A DNA stretch of 64,000 nucleotides, from positions 11,997 to 75,996 of the forward strand of contig PKTT01000039.1 in assembly GCA_002869015.1 (NCBI GenBank). Direction: 5' to 3'. The stretch comes from Deltaproteobacteria bacterium (GTDB lineage: Bacteria; Desulfobacterota; Deferrisomatia; Deferrisomatales; BM512). Within the stretch, counting starts at the first letter, position 1. Each line of letters opens with the position of its first letter. A program made the translations under genes and the position numbers. The notes under the pieces were generated by a model. It saw nothing but the letters and a program-made list of their open reading frames with translations. It had not been told where the DNA came from and searched no databases. Positions 10,051 to 19,549 of this stretch are shown here, in pieces.

Positions 10051-11544
10051 CTAAAGAGCTTCTGCTTTTTTAAAGAGCCAATCAACATTCTTAAGTCTGT
10101 CAATAACTCTCTCTTTGCCGATGGCTCCCAGCGCAGCAAACATGGAGGGCCCGGCTAGCTGTCCCGTAACAGCGGTCCTGACCCCATTGATTATTGTGCC
10201 GGGCTTTAGGTCAAGCTCTTCCGCCATCGCCCTCATCTCTCGCTCGACATCCTCCCCGTCGAACCCCTCTATCTTCTCCAGCCGCTCGCCGAGTTTGGGC
10301 AAGATCTCCCGGAGCTCGGGTGATTTGACTATGTTGCGCTTCAGGGCACGCTCCTCGACCTCGTAGCTATCGTCGAAGTAGGCCCGACCGCCCTCGGCAA
10401 AATTATTCAGCGTGTGGAAGCGTTCACGGATAAGGTCAAGCGTTGAGAGAAACCATTCACGCTTTTCACCCTCGTAAGACTCCTCCCATATGCCCGCCCG
10501 CTCAAGAACGGGTTTGACCATGCCCGCCAGCTCGCTTATATCAATAGTCTTTATATAGTGGGCGTTGATCGATAGAGCCTTGGGGTCAGTGAAAAATTTG
10601 GGGTCGTTGACCTGTATGTTGAAAACCGAGTTGGAGCGATTGATCCGGTCGAGGGAGAAATTTTCAATGAGCTCCTCGCGGCTGAAAATCTCCCTGTCGT
10701 CACCGGGAGACCAACCCAGCAGCGCTATGAAGTTGCAAAAAGCCCACGGGATGAAGCCCATCTCGCGGTAAAAATGAATCGCTACCGCTTCACCGTGCTT
10801 TCTCTTTGAAATCTTCGCCTTCTTTGAATCAAGGGTAAGGGGCATGTGCGCATAGATGGGCGTCGCAGCTCCGAGTGCTTCATAGAGAAGAACCTGTCGG
10901 GGGGTATTTCCGAGGCCGTCCTGTCCCCTGATTATATGGGTGATCCCGTCTCGAAGATCGTCCACGACATTTGAGAGGAGATAGAGCGGGGAACCGTCGG
11001 AGCGGACTATGACGAAGTCCTCAAGGTCCGAGTAGCGCTTTTCAAGGCGGCCATAGACCTTATCCTCAAAGACAACCTCCCCAATCCCATCGGGGATTTT
11101 AAAGCGTATTACGCTGGTGATGCCTGCGGCTTCCTTCTCAGCCACCTCCTCAGCTGAAAGATTGCGGCATGTTCCATCATAGCCGTATTCAGCCTTGGCC
11201 TCTTTGGCAGCCTCACGTTTTTGGTCAAGCTCTTCCTTGGTGCAAAAGCACTTATATGCCTTGCCCTCGGCGAGGAGCTTTTTGGCCGCTTCCGTGTGCT
11301 CCGCTGAGTGCTCTGACTGGTAATATGGGCCCTCATCCCAATCAAGCCCCAACCACTTCATCCCCTCAATTATTGTATCGAGGGAGGCCTTCGTGGAGCG
11401 CTCAAGGTCTGTGTCCTCTATGCGCAAGATGAGCTTGCCGCCGGTCTTTCTGGCGTAAAGCCAATTGTATAGGGCGGTGCGCGCGCTGCCTATGTGCAGG
11501 TATCCGGTGGGGCTGGGGGCAAAACGAACTCTAACTTCCGACAC
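10051..11544 (-). CDS. gltX: Glutamate--tRNA ligase
   Basis: VRFAPSPTGYLHIG (HIGH), RIEDTD, KISKR (KMSKS-like). Confidence 0.96.
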   Translation of the reverse strand: MSEVRVRFAPSPTGYLHIGSARTALYNWLYARKTGGKLILRIEDTDLERSTKASLDTIIEGMKWLGLDWDEGPYYQSEHSAEHTEAAKKLLAEGKAYKCFCTKEELDQKREAAKEAKAEYGYDGTCRNLSAEEVAEKEAAGITSVIRFKIPDGIGEVVFEDKVYGRLEKRYSDLEDFVIVRSDGSPLYLLSNVVDDLRDGITHIIRGQDGLGNTPRQVLLYEALGAATPIYAHMPLTLDSKKAKISKRKHGEAVAIHFYREMGFIPWAFCNFIALLGWSPGDDREIFSREELIENFSLDRINRSNSVFNIQVNDPKFFTDPKALSINAHYIKTIDISELAGMVKPVLERAGIWEESYEGEKREWFLSTLDLIRERFHTLNNFAEGGRAYFDDSYEVEERALKRNIVKSPELREILPKLGERLEKIEGFDGEDVEREMRAMAEELDLKPGTIINGVRTAVTGQLAGPSMFAALGAIGKERVIDRLKNVDWLFKKAEAL

Positions 11545-11691
11545 GGTAATTTCTCCGTTTTTATCGATGCGTTTAGCAAGTTAAAATCAGTGAGGTGCTT
11601 TTACCACCTTTTCGCTCCGGCATAAAGCGGAGGTCACTTTTTTTCTCACCTAACCTGTGAATTAAGCAGTCGATGGTGTTAAGTTTTAACC

Positions 11692-12738
11692 ATGACGGAT
11701 ATTCATAACCACCATGACCATTCACACGGACACCACCACGGGCACGGGCACGCCGGAGGCTCAACACGCTCGATGCTCACCGCATTTCTTCTGACTACAA
11801 CCTTTATGGTGGTCGAGGGTGTGGGCGGCTACCTCTCAAACTCATTGGCGCTCATCTCCGACGCTGGTCACATGTTAACAGACGCCGCGGCGCTTGGGCT
11901 GGGTCTCTTCGCTATGAAGCTAGGGGAGAAGCCGCCCTCGGTGACAAAGTCATTTGGGTACAGGCGTTTTGAGATACTTGCAGCTCTTTTAAACGGCCTC
12001 GCCCTCTGGGGAATTGTCGGCATAATCCTCCACGAGGCCTACACGCGCATCACTACCCCGGAAGCAGTAAAACCTATGGGTATGGTGACGGTTGCTGGAA
12101 TTGGCTTACTGGTCAACCTGATCTCCATAAAGATGCTCCACGCCCACAAGGATGAGAGCCTCAATGTTAGGGGCGCTTTCCTCCATGTCGTCGCAGACAC
12201 TATGGGTTCGGTGGGGGCGCTACTTGCCGGGTTAATAGTATGGGGGACCGGCTGGACACTTGTGGACCCTCTCGTAAGCGTTGGGATATGCGCCCTCATC
12301 CTCTACTCCTCGTGGGGCCTCGTGAGGGACGCTGTGAATATACTGCTCCTTGGCGTCCCTGAGCACATCGATTACAAAGAGGTGGAGGCCGCGATAATCT
12401 CCGCAGATGGGGTATGCTGCGTCTATGACTTGCACATATGGGCTATAACCCCGGGCAATGAAGCTCTCTCAGCCCACGTCGTCGTAGATGGAGAGGCGGG
12501 CGTTCAAAAGAACGTCGCCGGAGAGTTGGGAGCGCTCCTGAATGAACGCTTCAAGATAGGACACTCAACTATCCAGGTTGAACACGGGCACAGTGGCGAC
12601 ACCTGTCTGAATGGAAACCTGTGCAGGGTCACCGGCGCACGGGGGATGTGCTCTTTAGAGAGCTCAGTGGTAGAAGATAAAGAACGCCATGGGGAGGAGC
12701 ACCCCTGCAATTGCGAGGACACCACCACGCCCCATTAA
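11692..12738 (+). CDS. CDF family Zn/Co/Cd efflux transporter (CzcD/ZitB-like)
   Basis: His-rich N-terminus, SLALISDAGHMLTD, NVRGAFLHVVAD, DLHIW, HSTIQVE. Confidence 0.92.
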   Translation: MTDIHNHHDHSHGHHHGHGHAGGSTRSMLTAFLLTTTFMVVEGVGGYLSNSLALISDAGHMLTDAAALGLGLFAMKLGEKPPSVTKSFGYRRFEILAALLNGLALWGIVGIILHEAYTRITTPEAVKPMGMVTVAGIGLLVNLISIKMLHAHKDESLNVRGAFLHVVADTMGSVGALLAGLIVWGTGWTLVDPLVSVGICALILYSSWGLVRDAVNILLLGVPEHIDYKEVEAAIISADGVCCVYDLHIWAITPGNEALSAHVVVDGEAGVQKNVAGELGALLNERFKIGHSTIQVEHGHSGDTCLNGNLCRVTGARGMCSLESSVVEDKERHGEEHPCNCEDTTTPH

Positions 12739-13206
12739 CCCTCGCCGCCCCTTTGTCAGAAAGAGTCCCGTAACAGCTATTATAAACAGACCCGCCGCGT
12801 AGATGTCAGCCGCGTAAGTCCAGATGCCTTTGGCGTGGTTTAGGTGAAGATAATTCATGGGGAAGATAACGGGCCGCTCGACAAAACGCTCTATATCTAC
12901 CTTGCCCGTAGAAGTCTCCACAGTGAGGTTCGCGCCCTCCGTGAATATCTGTAATATTCCCGGCGCGGGGCGAAAGGATGACTTCACCGCCCCTACACTC
13001 TCAACCTCCGAGAGCACCCGCTGAACAGGGTCCCCCTCGCCAACCACAGGAGAGATGGTAACGGTTTTAACCTCAATTGCGTAGTTGGGGTTCCACTGGC
13101 CTATGTGGTTCAGGGCAACTCCGGAGATAGCGTATATAAGGGTCAGCCCCACGAAGAAAAAGCCCAGGTCGCGGTGTAGCGCCCGGTTTAATTTAGCTAG
13201 CCTCAT
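12664..13206 (-). CDS. PepSY-associated TM domain protein
   Basis: RALHRDLGFF...YAISGVALNH...NYLHLN...W...D...TGLF. Confidence 0.8.
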   Translation of the reverse strand: MRLAKLNRALHRDLGFFFVGLTLIYAISGVALNHIGQWNPNYAIEVKTVTISPVVGEGDPVQRVLSEVESVGAVKSSFRPAPGILQIFTEGANLTVETSTGKVDIERFVERPVIFPMNYLHLNHAKGIWTYAADIYAAGLFIIAVTGLFLTKGRRGLMGRGGVLAIAGVLLPMAFFIFYH

Positions 13207-13635
13207 CTACTCAATCACCGCACCGGTAGCGCGAATCTGGTAATAGACGCCCCTCTTCTCAACGCAATCGCTCTTTATCTCTGCTTCGCTCTCATTGCAG
13301 CGTGTGTGCACAGCCTCTATCTCACCCTGAACGGTTGCAACCTTACCGATCGCTGACATGGGGAAGACTATTACGCCATCGTCCACCTTGACCCTGAAGG
13401 TCTCATAATCCCTGTCGCTGGAAAGCTCCATCCAGCAGCCGCGCGTGCGGCACACACGCACCACCGTACCCTCGACGGCAACGGTCTTGCCAAGGAATGA
13501 GACCGGGTCCGAGGTTATCTTGGATATAGCTACCCTCTCGTCAAGTGAGACCCCATTGCCGAAACTTTCGGCTAGTGCGGGGACAGCAGCAAAAAGGATA
13601 AGGCAAAGCGCCGCGAAGAAAGCTCTCTTAAACAT
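13207..13635 (-). CDS. Exported OB-fold protein, DUF4920-like
   Basis: Signal peptide; VEGTVVRVCRTRGCWMEL...FP; start MFKRAF with SD AGGAG. Confidence 0.7.
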   Translation of the reverse strand: MFKRAFFAALCLILFAAVPALAESFGNGVSLDERVAISKITSDPVSFLGKTVAVEGTVVRVCRTRGCWMELSSDRDYETFRVKVDDGVIVFPMSAIGKVATVQGEIEAVHTRCNESEAEIKSDCVEKRGVYYQIRATGAVIE

Positions 13636-13777
13636 TTTATCTCCTGGAATTTTTAAACAGATTTTCATTTGTAGTAACTTCGACGCGAAATTGCCTTCAT
13701 CGGTTACATAATTAAGAGGTTGTGCCGGGGGGAGAGCTGAAGTGGGAGGAGGTAGTCGCCCCCTCCCCTTTGAAATT

Positions 13778-14260
13778 TCAGGACTTCATCTTTGTAGCAA
13801 CACGGCAGACCCTTACGCCGAGAAGCGCGCCGGCCTCTTCATCTTCGGCGGTCGGGGCGCCTTTACACGCAGCGCCATAGTGTCCACCGGTTTCGAGGGG
13901 GTCTCCCACGATAACCATCTCATGTATGAGAAAGGCCATGAGTATCGTCATCATAGTCGTCTCCTTGCCCCCTGTGATGTGACCGGAGGTGGTGAACGCT
14001 GCGCCGACCTTGTCTCTTAGCTTCTTTCTAGCGGCGACGCTTCTGTCTATAAGGTCCTTCATCTCGGCAGTGGGTGAGCCAAAGTAAACCGGGCTCCCGA
14101 AAATTATCCCATCCGCTGCTATGAGGTCGTCCTTGGTAACATCCGGGGCGGACTTTACAACCGCCTCTCCACCCTCTCGTTCAACGCCAAGGGCTATGGC
14201 GCGGGCCAACTTTTCAGTGTTGCCGGTGCGGCTTGAATATGCGATCAAAACTTTAGTCAT
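13778..14260 (-). CDS. Flavodoxin-like NAD(P)H-dependent oxidoreductase (WrbA family)
   Basis: YSSRTGNTEKLA, GSPVYFG, KVGAAFTTSG..GGKETT. Confidence 0.88.
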   Translation of the reverse strand: MTKVLIAYSSRTGNTEKLARAIALGVEREGGEAVVKSAPDVTKDDLIAADGIIFGSPVYFGSPTAEMKDLIDRSVAARKKLRDKVGAAFTTSGHITGGKETTMMTILMAFLIHEMVIVGDPLETGGHYGAACKGAPTAEDEEAGALLGVRVCRVATKMKS

Positions 14261-14295
14261 TCTTTAGCTCCATTGTGCTTCAGTTATCTGTTCTA

Positions 14296-14820
14296 CTATT
14301 TACGCTGACGCGCCCAATACTCCTCAAGCGCCTCAATCTTAACCTTTATCGAGCTTTTAACCTCCGAGGGCACCGCCTCCACGGCGGCGCTGGTAAGCTT
14401 TAAAGTAAAGGGCAGCGTCACCGATTCGGCGAGAATGGGGCTCCGAGGCGGGAAGACCTCAACGAGCACAACCGCGACCACCGCGACTATGAGGAACGCC
14501 TTAACCGCGCCGAGGCCCGCCCCGAGCAAACGATTTACAAAGCCGAGGCCCGCCGCCGCCATCAGCCGCTGAAAAAGGTAGCCCGCAAGCCACGCGAGTA
14601 GCATTGCCCCAATTAGGATTACCGCGAAGCCAAGGGCGAGCTTCAGCCCCTCACCCGCTACAGGCATATACTCGGCAACGCGATGGTAAAAACGCAGCGC
14701 CGCCACCGCCCCTATTACAACCCCGGCGATGGAAAATATCTGACGCGCCGCGCCCCTAAGCGCTCCAGCAATTGCGAAGACGCCTACACATGCGAAAAAA
14801 AAGACATCGAAGAAATTCAT
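14296..14820 (-). CDS. cvpA: CvpA family (colicin V production) membrane protein
   Basis: MNFFD...GALRG..RQI...NRLLGAGLGAVK. Confidence 0.85.
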   Translation of the reverse strand: MNFFDVFFFACVGVFAIAGALRGAARQIFSIAGVVIGAVAALRFYHRVAEYMPVAGEGLKLALGFAVILIGAMLLAWLAGYLFQRLMAAAGLGFVNRLLGAGLGAVKAFLIVAVVAVVLVEVFPPRSPILAESVTLPFTLKLTSAAVEAVPSEVKSSIKVKIEALEEYWARQRK

Positions 14821-14942
14821 TGGCCCTCCCTGGGATTAAATTCGCTGAGATTTTAGCTCAAAGCCCGGACCATTGCGAGCCCATACCCTTTAGCGTATAA
14901 TCCACACAAGTTTTATGAATACATATTCACCTGGAGAAGCAG

Positions 14943-15596
14943 ATGGTCATCAGGCTACGCGAACCGGTTAACGGCCTCACCCACGCCGTGGGAGTGGCGC
15001 TCTCCATAGCCGGGCTCGTATTCTTAATCCTAAAATCGGTTGACCCCCTTAAAGTATGGCACGTCGTAACCTTCTCAATTTTCGGAGCGGGGCTGATACT
15101 CCTATACCTCGCCTCAACCCTCTACCACTGGTTACCGCTCGGTGCCGACGGGATAAGGCGGCTGAGGAAGCTGGACCACTCGATGATCTTCTTTCTCATC
15201 GCCGCTACCTATACGCCAATCTGCCTCATACCACTTAGGGGTGGCTGGGGGTGGTCAATCTTCGGGGTCGTTTGGGGGCTTGCGCTAATCGGCACCACTA
15301 TAAAGCTCGCCTTCACATCAACGCCGAGGCTGCTGTCTACCTCTATCTATCTATTGATGGGGTGGGTTGTCATTGTGGCTATATACCCGCTCTCCACTGT
15401 CATACAGACAGGTGCCCTTATCTGGCTCTTTATCGGCGGGCTCTTCTATTCGATAGGCGCGGTCATCTACGCGCTAAAGCGTCCGAATCTGATACCAAAC
15501 GTATTGGGCTTCCATGAGCTCTTCCACATCTTCGTGGTGCTGGGCAGCCTCAGCCACTTCTGGGTGATGTACCGCTACGTTTCAAGGCTAAACTAA
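14943..15596 (+). CDS. Hemolysin III / PAQR family membrane protein
   Basis: EPVNGLTH, STLYH, DHSMIFFLIAATYTP, HELFHIFV..GS..H. Confidence 0.92.
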   Translation: MVIRLREPVNGLTHAVGVALSIAGLVFLILKSVDPLKVWHVVTFSIFGAGLILLYLASTLYHWLPLGADGIRRLRKLDHSMIFFLIAATYTPICLIPLRGGWGWSIFGVVWGLALIGTTIKLAFTSTPRLLSTSIYLLMGWVVIVAIYPLSTVIQTGALIWLFIGGLFYSIGAVIYALKRPNLIPNVLGFHELFHIFVVLGSLSHFWVMYRYVSRLN

Positions 15597-15625
15597 AAAA
15601 GCCCCCGCAAAACGGGGGCTTTTTT
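15595..15625. terminator. Bidirectional intrinsic terminator
   Basis: AAAAAAGCCCCCG-CAAAA-CGGGGGCTTTTTT between convergent genes. Confidence 0.85.
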
Positions 15626-15640
15626 ACACAGATAAAAAAA

Positions 15641-16480
15641 CTATTTTTTCAAACGGCTTCCTAACAGAGCTGTGAGCTTTACGCCTATCTCCTCCGAGAG
15701 CCCAAAGGATGGCAGCTCATCTTTGAACCGCTCCATCGTCCCATACCCCCCTAGATAGCCATTAAGCCTCGCTGAAGCCAGGGAGGAAACGAAGTCCGCC
15801 TCTGTGCGGTAGCGTTCCCTTATATCATCCATGAGGAATGAAATACCCCGTAGATAATACTTCTGGTGGTAATCTTCCGCCGGGAAAAAGTTAGAGATAG
15901 GCTCGACATCAGTGGCTACAGCCCGCTTGGTTGTTTTCTCAATATCCGCCACCGACTCGGCCGCTGCCTTTGCCTGCTCGTCGCCTATTGTAAAGACAAC
16001 ATTTCGATACTGGGTAAAGCCGGGATTTGAGAAAGCGTCGTGGCTCCTCCAAAACAACTTGAGGAGTTCACGGTAGCTTATCTTCTCGGGGTCAAAAACA
16101 ACCATAACGGTTTCAGTGTGGTCACCGATTGAGCGGTAGGTGGGGTTCTCCTTGGCTCCGCCAATGTACCCGACTATCGTTGCGACTACGCCATCTATGC
16201 TCCCGAACCGGGAGTCATAACCCCAGAATCACCCGAGGCCGAACGCGGCAACCTCCAGCTTATCACCCCAACCTTTATCTACGGGGGCGGTTTTCTTCGA
16301 GTCGAAGGAGGATGCGCTCTGGGCTCTTTTTACTACGTCGGATAAAGTCACCGAACCCGCAGTCCATTGGCGAGGTAGACCATTACAGAAAGCCCCCGCC
16401 GCTGAAAATGTAGTCCCCGCAGCGGCTACGGCGCTCCCAGCTGCCATAAGTATCGCTCCCGTCAAAGCCATGAGTCTCAC
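15641..16480 (-). CDS. msrA: Selenocysteine-containing methionine-S-sulfoxide reductase MsrA (UGA=Sec at 16229-16231), ~279 aa
   Basis: Track ORFs 16229..16480 and 15641..16105 are in one frame; read-through gives AAFGLG-U-FWGYDSRFG...VGYIGG..NPTY...GDHTE...AEDYHQKY; U replaces the GCFWG catalytic Cys. Confidence 0.9.
16200..16231 (-). promoter_or_regulatory. Bacterial SECIS-like hairpin of msrA
   Basis: UGA-UUCUGGGGUUAUGA-CUCCC-GGUUC-GGGAG: G-starting apical loop 19 nt after UGA. Confidence 0.7.
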
Positions 16481-17016
16481 AGTTCACCCCGTTTGACAAA
16501 CTTTAACGATGCCGTGTTTATGCAGTACCTAAGCCCTGTAGGCTGGGGGCCATCCTTAAAGACATGACCCTGGTGGGCGTCGCAACGTGCGCAGAGCACC
16601 TCGGTGCGCACCATGAACCAGGAGCGGTCGTCCTTAAGTGTGATGTTCTCAGGGGCAACAGGATCCCAGAAGCTGGGCCAGCCGGTGCCTGATTTGTACT
16701 TGGTTTTGGAATCGAAAAGGTCGGTGCCGCATGCGACGCATTTATATACACCGTCCTCCTTGTTGTCCCAAAGGTCACCTGTAAATGGCCTGTCTGTGCC
16801 CGCCTCCCTGGTAATATGGAAAGCCTCGGGGGAGAGCCTCTCGCGCCACTCGTCATCGGAGAGGTTTACCCTCTCCGCTTCGTAGTATTCACCGCTTTTA
16901 ACTGAGAACAGCTTTATCTTGCCGCCATCCATTTTATCCTCTCCAAATGAGATTCCTGTGCCCAAAAGGAGCACGGCCATAATGGCTATCAAAAATGGTG
17001 TCCAACGTGCTTTCAT
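16477..17016 (-). CDS. msrB: Methionine-R-sulfoxide reductase MsrB with signal peptide
   Basis: GVYKCVACG..LF...SGTGWPSF...CARCDAHQGHVF.DGP.PTGLRYCIN; GTGA overlap with msrA. Confidence 0.95.
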   Translation of the reverse strand: MKARWTPFLIAIMAVLLLGTGISFGEDKMDGGKIKLFSVKSGEYYEAERVNLSDDEWRERLSPEAFHITREAGTDRPFTGDLWDNKEDGVYKCVACGTDLFDSKTKYKSGTGWPSFWDPVAPENITLKDDRSWFMVRTEVLCARCDAHQGHVFKDGPQPTGLRYCINTASLKFVKRGEL

Positions 17017-17086
17017 AGGGATACTCCCTTTCTCTTACCCCCCGCCGTTCTCTCCTTATGAACAAATAAAAAGAAAAAAACATCCC

Positions 17087-17434
17087 CTAAAGAGGGGTCT
17101 TAATCATTGTAAGCAACATTTTGAAACGCTCAGGCGCATTGACTTTATGGGGCACATTACCCGGCATTAAAATTATCTCACCACTCTCAACCCTTGAGAG
17201 TTTGCCGCCAATTGTCACCTCCGCTACGCCATCAAGCACCTGTATAAAGGCATTGAATGGCACCGTATGCTCTGATAGCGCCTGCCCCTCGTCAAAAGCG
17301 AAAACAGTCAACGTGCCAGCCTCATCCTGAAGGAGTATCCGGCTTACAATAGACTCCTCCTGATACCCGACCATCTCGGAGAGCACTTTTGGCTCTCCCC
17401 CTGAAATCCTCGCGCCTTTTTTAATATCGCCCAT
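17087..17434 (-). CDS. Cupin domain protein
   Basis: FAFDEGQALSEHT...MPGNVPHKV..PERFKMLL. Confidence 0.85.
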   Translation of the reverse strand: MGDIKKGARISGGEPKVLSEMVGYQEESIVSRILLQDEAGTLTVFAFDEGQALSEHTVPFNAFIQVLDGVAEVTIGGKLSRVESGEIILMPGNVPHKVNAPERFKMLLTMIKTPL

Positions 17435-17587
17435 ATACATCTCCAAACCACAAGCTTTAAGATAAACAACATTTATTTACTAATATAACCAGCTTTTTGC
17501 CCGTTGCATCTTATAGATAAGAATTAATCAGGATTTGCTATCAACGCCACGTTGGTACAGGAACACTTAGGGTGGTAAGATGCGCTC

Positions 17588-18529
17588 ATGGTCAAGTATT
17601 CCCTCACCATTTTATTGTTGGTATTCTCGCTGTCGATTCCCTTTGCTGGTGCAACAAGGGCCGCAGAGGTGGGCCTTCACGCCACAATCTCAGATACCAT
17701 CGAGGAGTGGGCGCGAGCTACGGACGCCTTCTTTGGTGGCGAGGTCGCAGATTACGAGACCACGGGCACATACCTGCGAACAGGCATACAATGGGAGGCG
17801 CGTGACCACTCAACCCCCATGCTCTCCTACGATCTCAATCTTCACTTAAGGCTGCCTGTCGCGGAGCGCCGCTTCAACCTTTTCCTCCAGAGCGAAGATA
17901 CCGAGGAGGATGAGCAGCTTTCGGACACCCTGGGCGCCGCATCTGACCTGGCTGAGCGTTCGAGAGAATCAACATTCGCCGGGCTGGGGTATATATTCAC
18001 CGAGTCTGAAAAATGGAAATCCTCGATTATAGGGGGAGTTCGCCTCATAGACCCGCCCGATCCCTTTGTAAGATTCAAGCTGAGGCGCAGACAGATTGAG
18101 CTGGGCACGTGGCACTTCAGAGCAGACCAATCTGTTACCTGGCGAAATAACAGCGGCTTTTCCGAAGCTACCAATTTGTGGTTCGACAGGCCCATGGAGA
18201 ACAAGGTTCTTTTCCGCGCCAACACCTTTGCGACATGGGACGAGGAGGACCTTGAGGTCTTTACCGGGCAGACTTTCAACCTAATGTGGAGGGCGACAGA
18301 TGACCTCGGCCTCTCGGCGCTCACCGGCGTCCTCGGGGAGACTAAGCCTCACTGGCGTGAAACCCAGTATCTGCTCCTCTTTCCCGTACGCTATTTTCTA
18401 AAGGGAGAGTGGCTGATTTTTGGAGTCCGGCCCGGCGTTAGATGGCCCAGGGAGTACGATTTCAAGCCTGTGCGGGAGGTTCAATTCAGGATCGAGGCCT
18501 ATTTCGACGCAGAGCGCGTAAAGCGTTAA
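17588..18529 (+). CDS. Hypothetical exported protein, probable outer-membrane beta-barrel
   Basis: Signal peptide; alternating aromatic/hydrophobic strand pattern; ...FRIEAYF near C-terminus. Confidence 0.55.
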   Translation: MVKYSLTILLLVFSLSIPFAGATRAAEVGLHATISDTIEEWARATDAFFGGEVADYETTGTYLRTGIQWEARDHSTPMLSYDLNLHLRLPVAERRFNLFLQSEDTEEDEQLSDTLGAASDLAERSRESTFAGLGYIFTESEKWKSSIIGGVRLIDPPDPFVRFKLRRRQIELGTWHFRADQSVTWRNNSGFSEATNLWFDRPMENKVLFRANTFATWDEEDLEVFTGQTFNLMWRATDDLGLSALTGVLGETKPHWRETQYLLLFPVRYFLKGEWLIFGVRPGVRWPREYDFKPVREVQFRIEAYFDAERVKR

Positions 18530-18530
18530 C

Positions 18531-18564
18531 AAAAAAAGGGCGGCCTCTCTGGGTCGCCCTTTTT
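18531..18564. terminator. Bidirectional intrinsic terminator
   Basis: AAAAAAAGGGCGGCC-TCTCTG-GGTCGCCCTTTTT. Confidence 0.75.
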
Positions 18565-18583
18565 ATATTTTCATTTAACAACA

Positions 18584-18727
18584 CTAATCCTTAATTGCGT
18601 CTTTGACCGAATCCATAAGTTCACCGGCCTTACGCTTTGCCTTTTCCGTATTGCTCTCTTTATGACAACCGGCCAAACCGGCAAGCGCTACGACTACAAG
18701 TATAAAAGCTATAAACTTTTTCACCAT
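18584..18727 (-). CDS. Small lipoprotein, 47 aa (below ORF-track cutoff)
   Basis: MVKKFIAFILVVVALAGLAG-C-HKESNTEKAKRKAGELMDSVKDAIKD*; LAGC lipobox; SD AGGAGG. Confidence 0.8.
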   Translation of the reverse strand: MVKKFIAFILVVVALAGLAGCHKESNTEKAKRKAGELMDSVKDAIKD

Positions 18728-18745
18728 TTCCTCCTTATTAAAAGT

Positions 18746-19549
18746 TTAAATACGGTGATGAGCGGCAAGCGGTATACCCGCACGCACAGCGTCAACTAAA
18801 TCAAGGTCAATATTGGCTATGGCAAATCCCTCCCCGCTCTCCACCTCAGAGAGCACCCTGCCCCAGGGGTCTATTATCATAGCGTGCCCATAACTCTCTT
18901 TAAGGTGTTCGTCGCTGTGAGGCCCGAACTGAGCCGGCGCAAGTATGTAGCACTGGCTCTCGATGGCGCGTGCGCGCAGCAGAACTTCCCAATGGGCTCT
19001 ACCTGTCTTCGCTGTAAAAGCGGCTGGGACGGCTATAGTTTTTGCGCCACGGTCAACTAGCTTCCTATAAAGCTCACCAAAGCGAAGGTCATAACAGATG
19101 CTCAACCCTAGACCGCCCAGCACTTCATCGGCGACGACAATCTCTTTTCCGGGTAAGACAAGCGCTGACTCATGGACCCTCGGGCCCTCCTTTATATCCA
19201 CGTCGAAGAGGTGGATTTTACGGTAGACAGCCAATATCTCCCCCTCGGGAGAGTAGAGCACCGAAGTATTGTAGCACTTGCCCACCTCCGGGCTCGACTC
19301 GTTGAAAGAGCCCAGGAGCAGATAGACCTCAAAGGCTCGCGCCATCGAGGCAAAGCGTGAAGAAATGTACCCATCTAGAGGTTCGGCCTGAGCTGCCTTG
19401 CGTGATATTGGTCCAAGATATGGAGTTGCTTCAGGGGTCGCTATGAAACCAGCTCCGGCCCACGCCGCCTCCCCAATCAACCTCTCGGCGTGGCTTAAAT
19501 TCACCCCCACGTTGCCCGATGAGTTCAGCTGCAAAACCGCTGCTATCAT
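18746..19549 (-). CDS. Carbon-nitrogen hydrolase (Nit1-like)
   Basis: E-K-C triad: TPEA, YRKIHLFD, ICYDLRF; LLRARAIESQ, YGHAMIIDPWG. Confidence 0.9.
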   Translation of the reverse strand: MIAAVLQLNSSGNVGVNLSHAERLIGEAAWAGAGFIATPEATPYLGPISRKAAQAEPLDGYISSRFASMARAFEVYLLLGSFNESSPEVGKCYNTSVLYSPEGEILAVYRKIHLFDVDIKEGPRVHESALVLPGKEIVVADEVLGGLGLSICYDLRFGELYRKLVDRGAKTIAVPAAFTAKTGRAHWEVLLRARAIESQCYILAPAQFGPHSDEHLKESYGHAMIIDPWGRVLSEVESGEGFAIANIDLDLVDAVRAGIPLAAHHRI

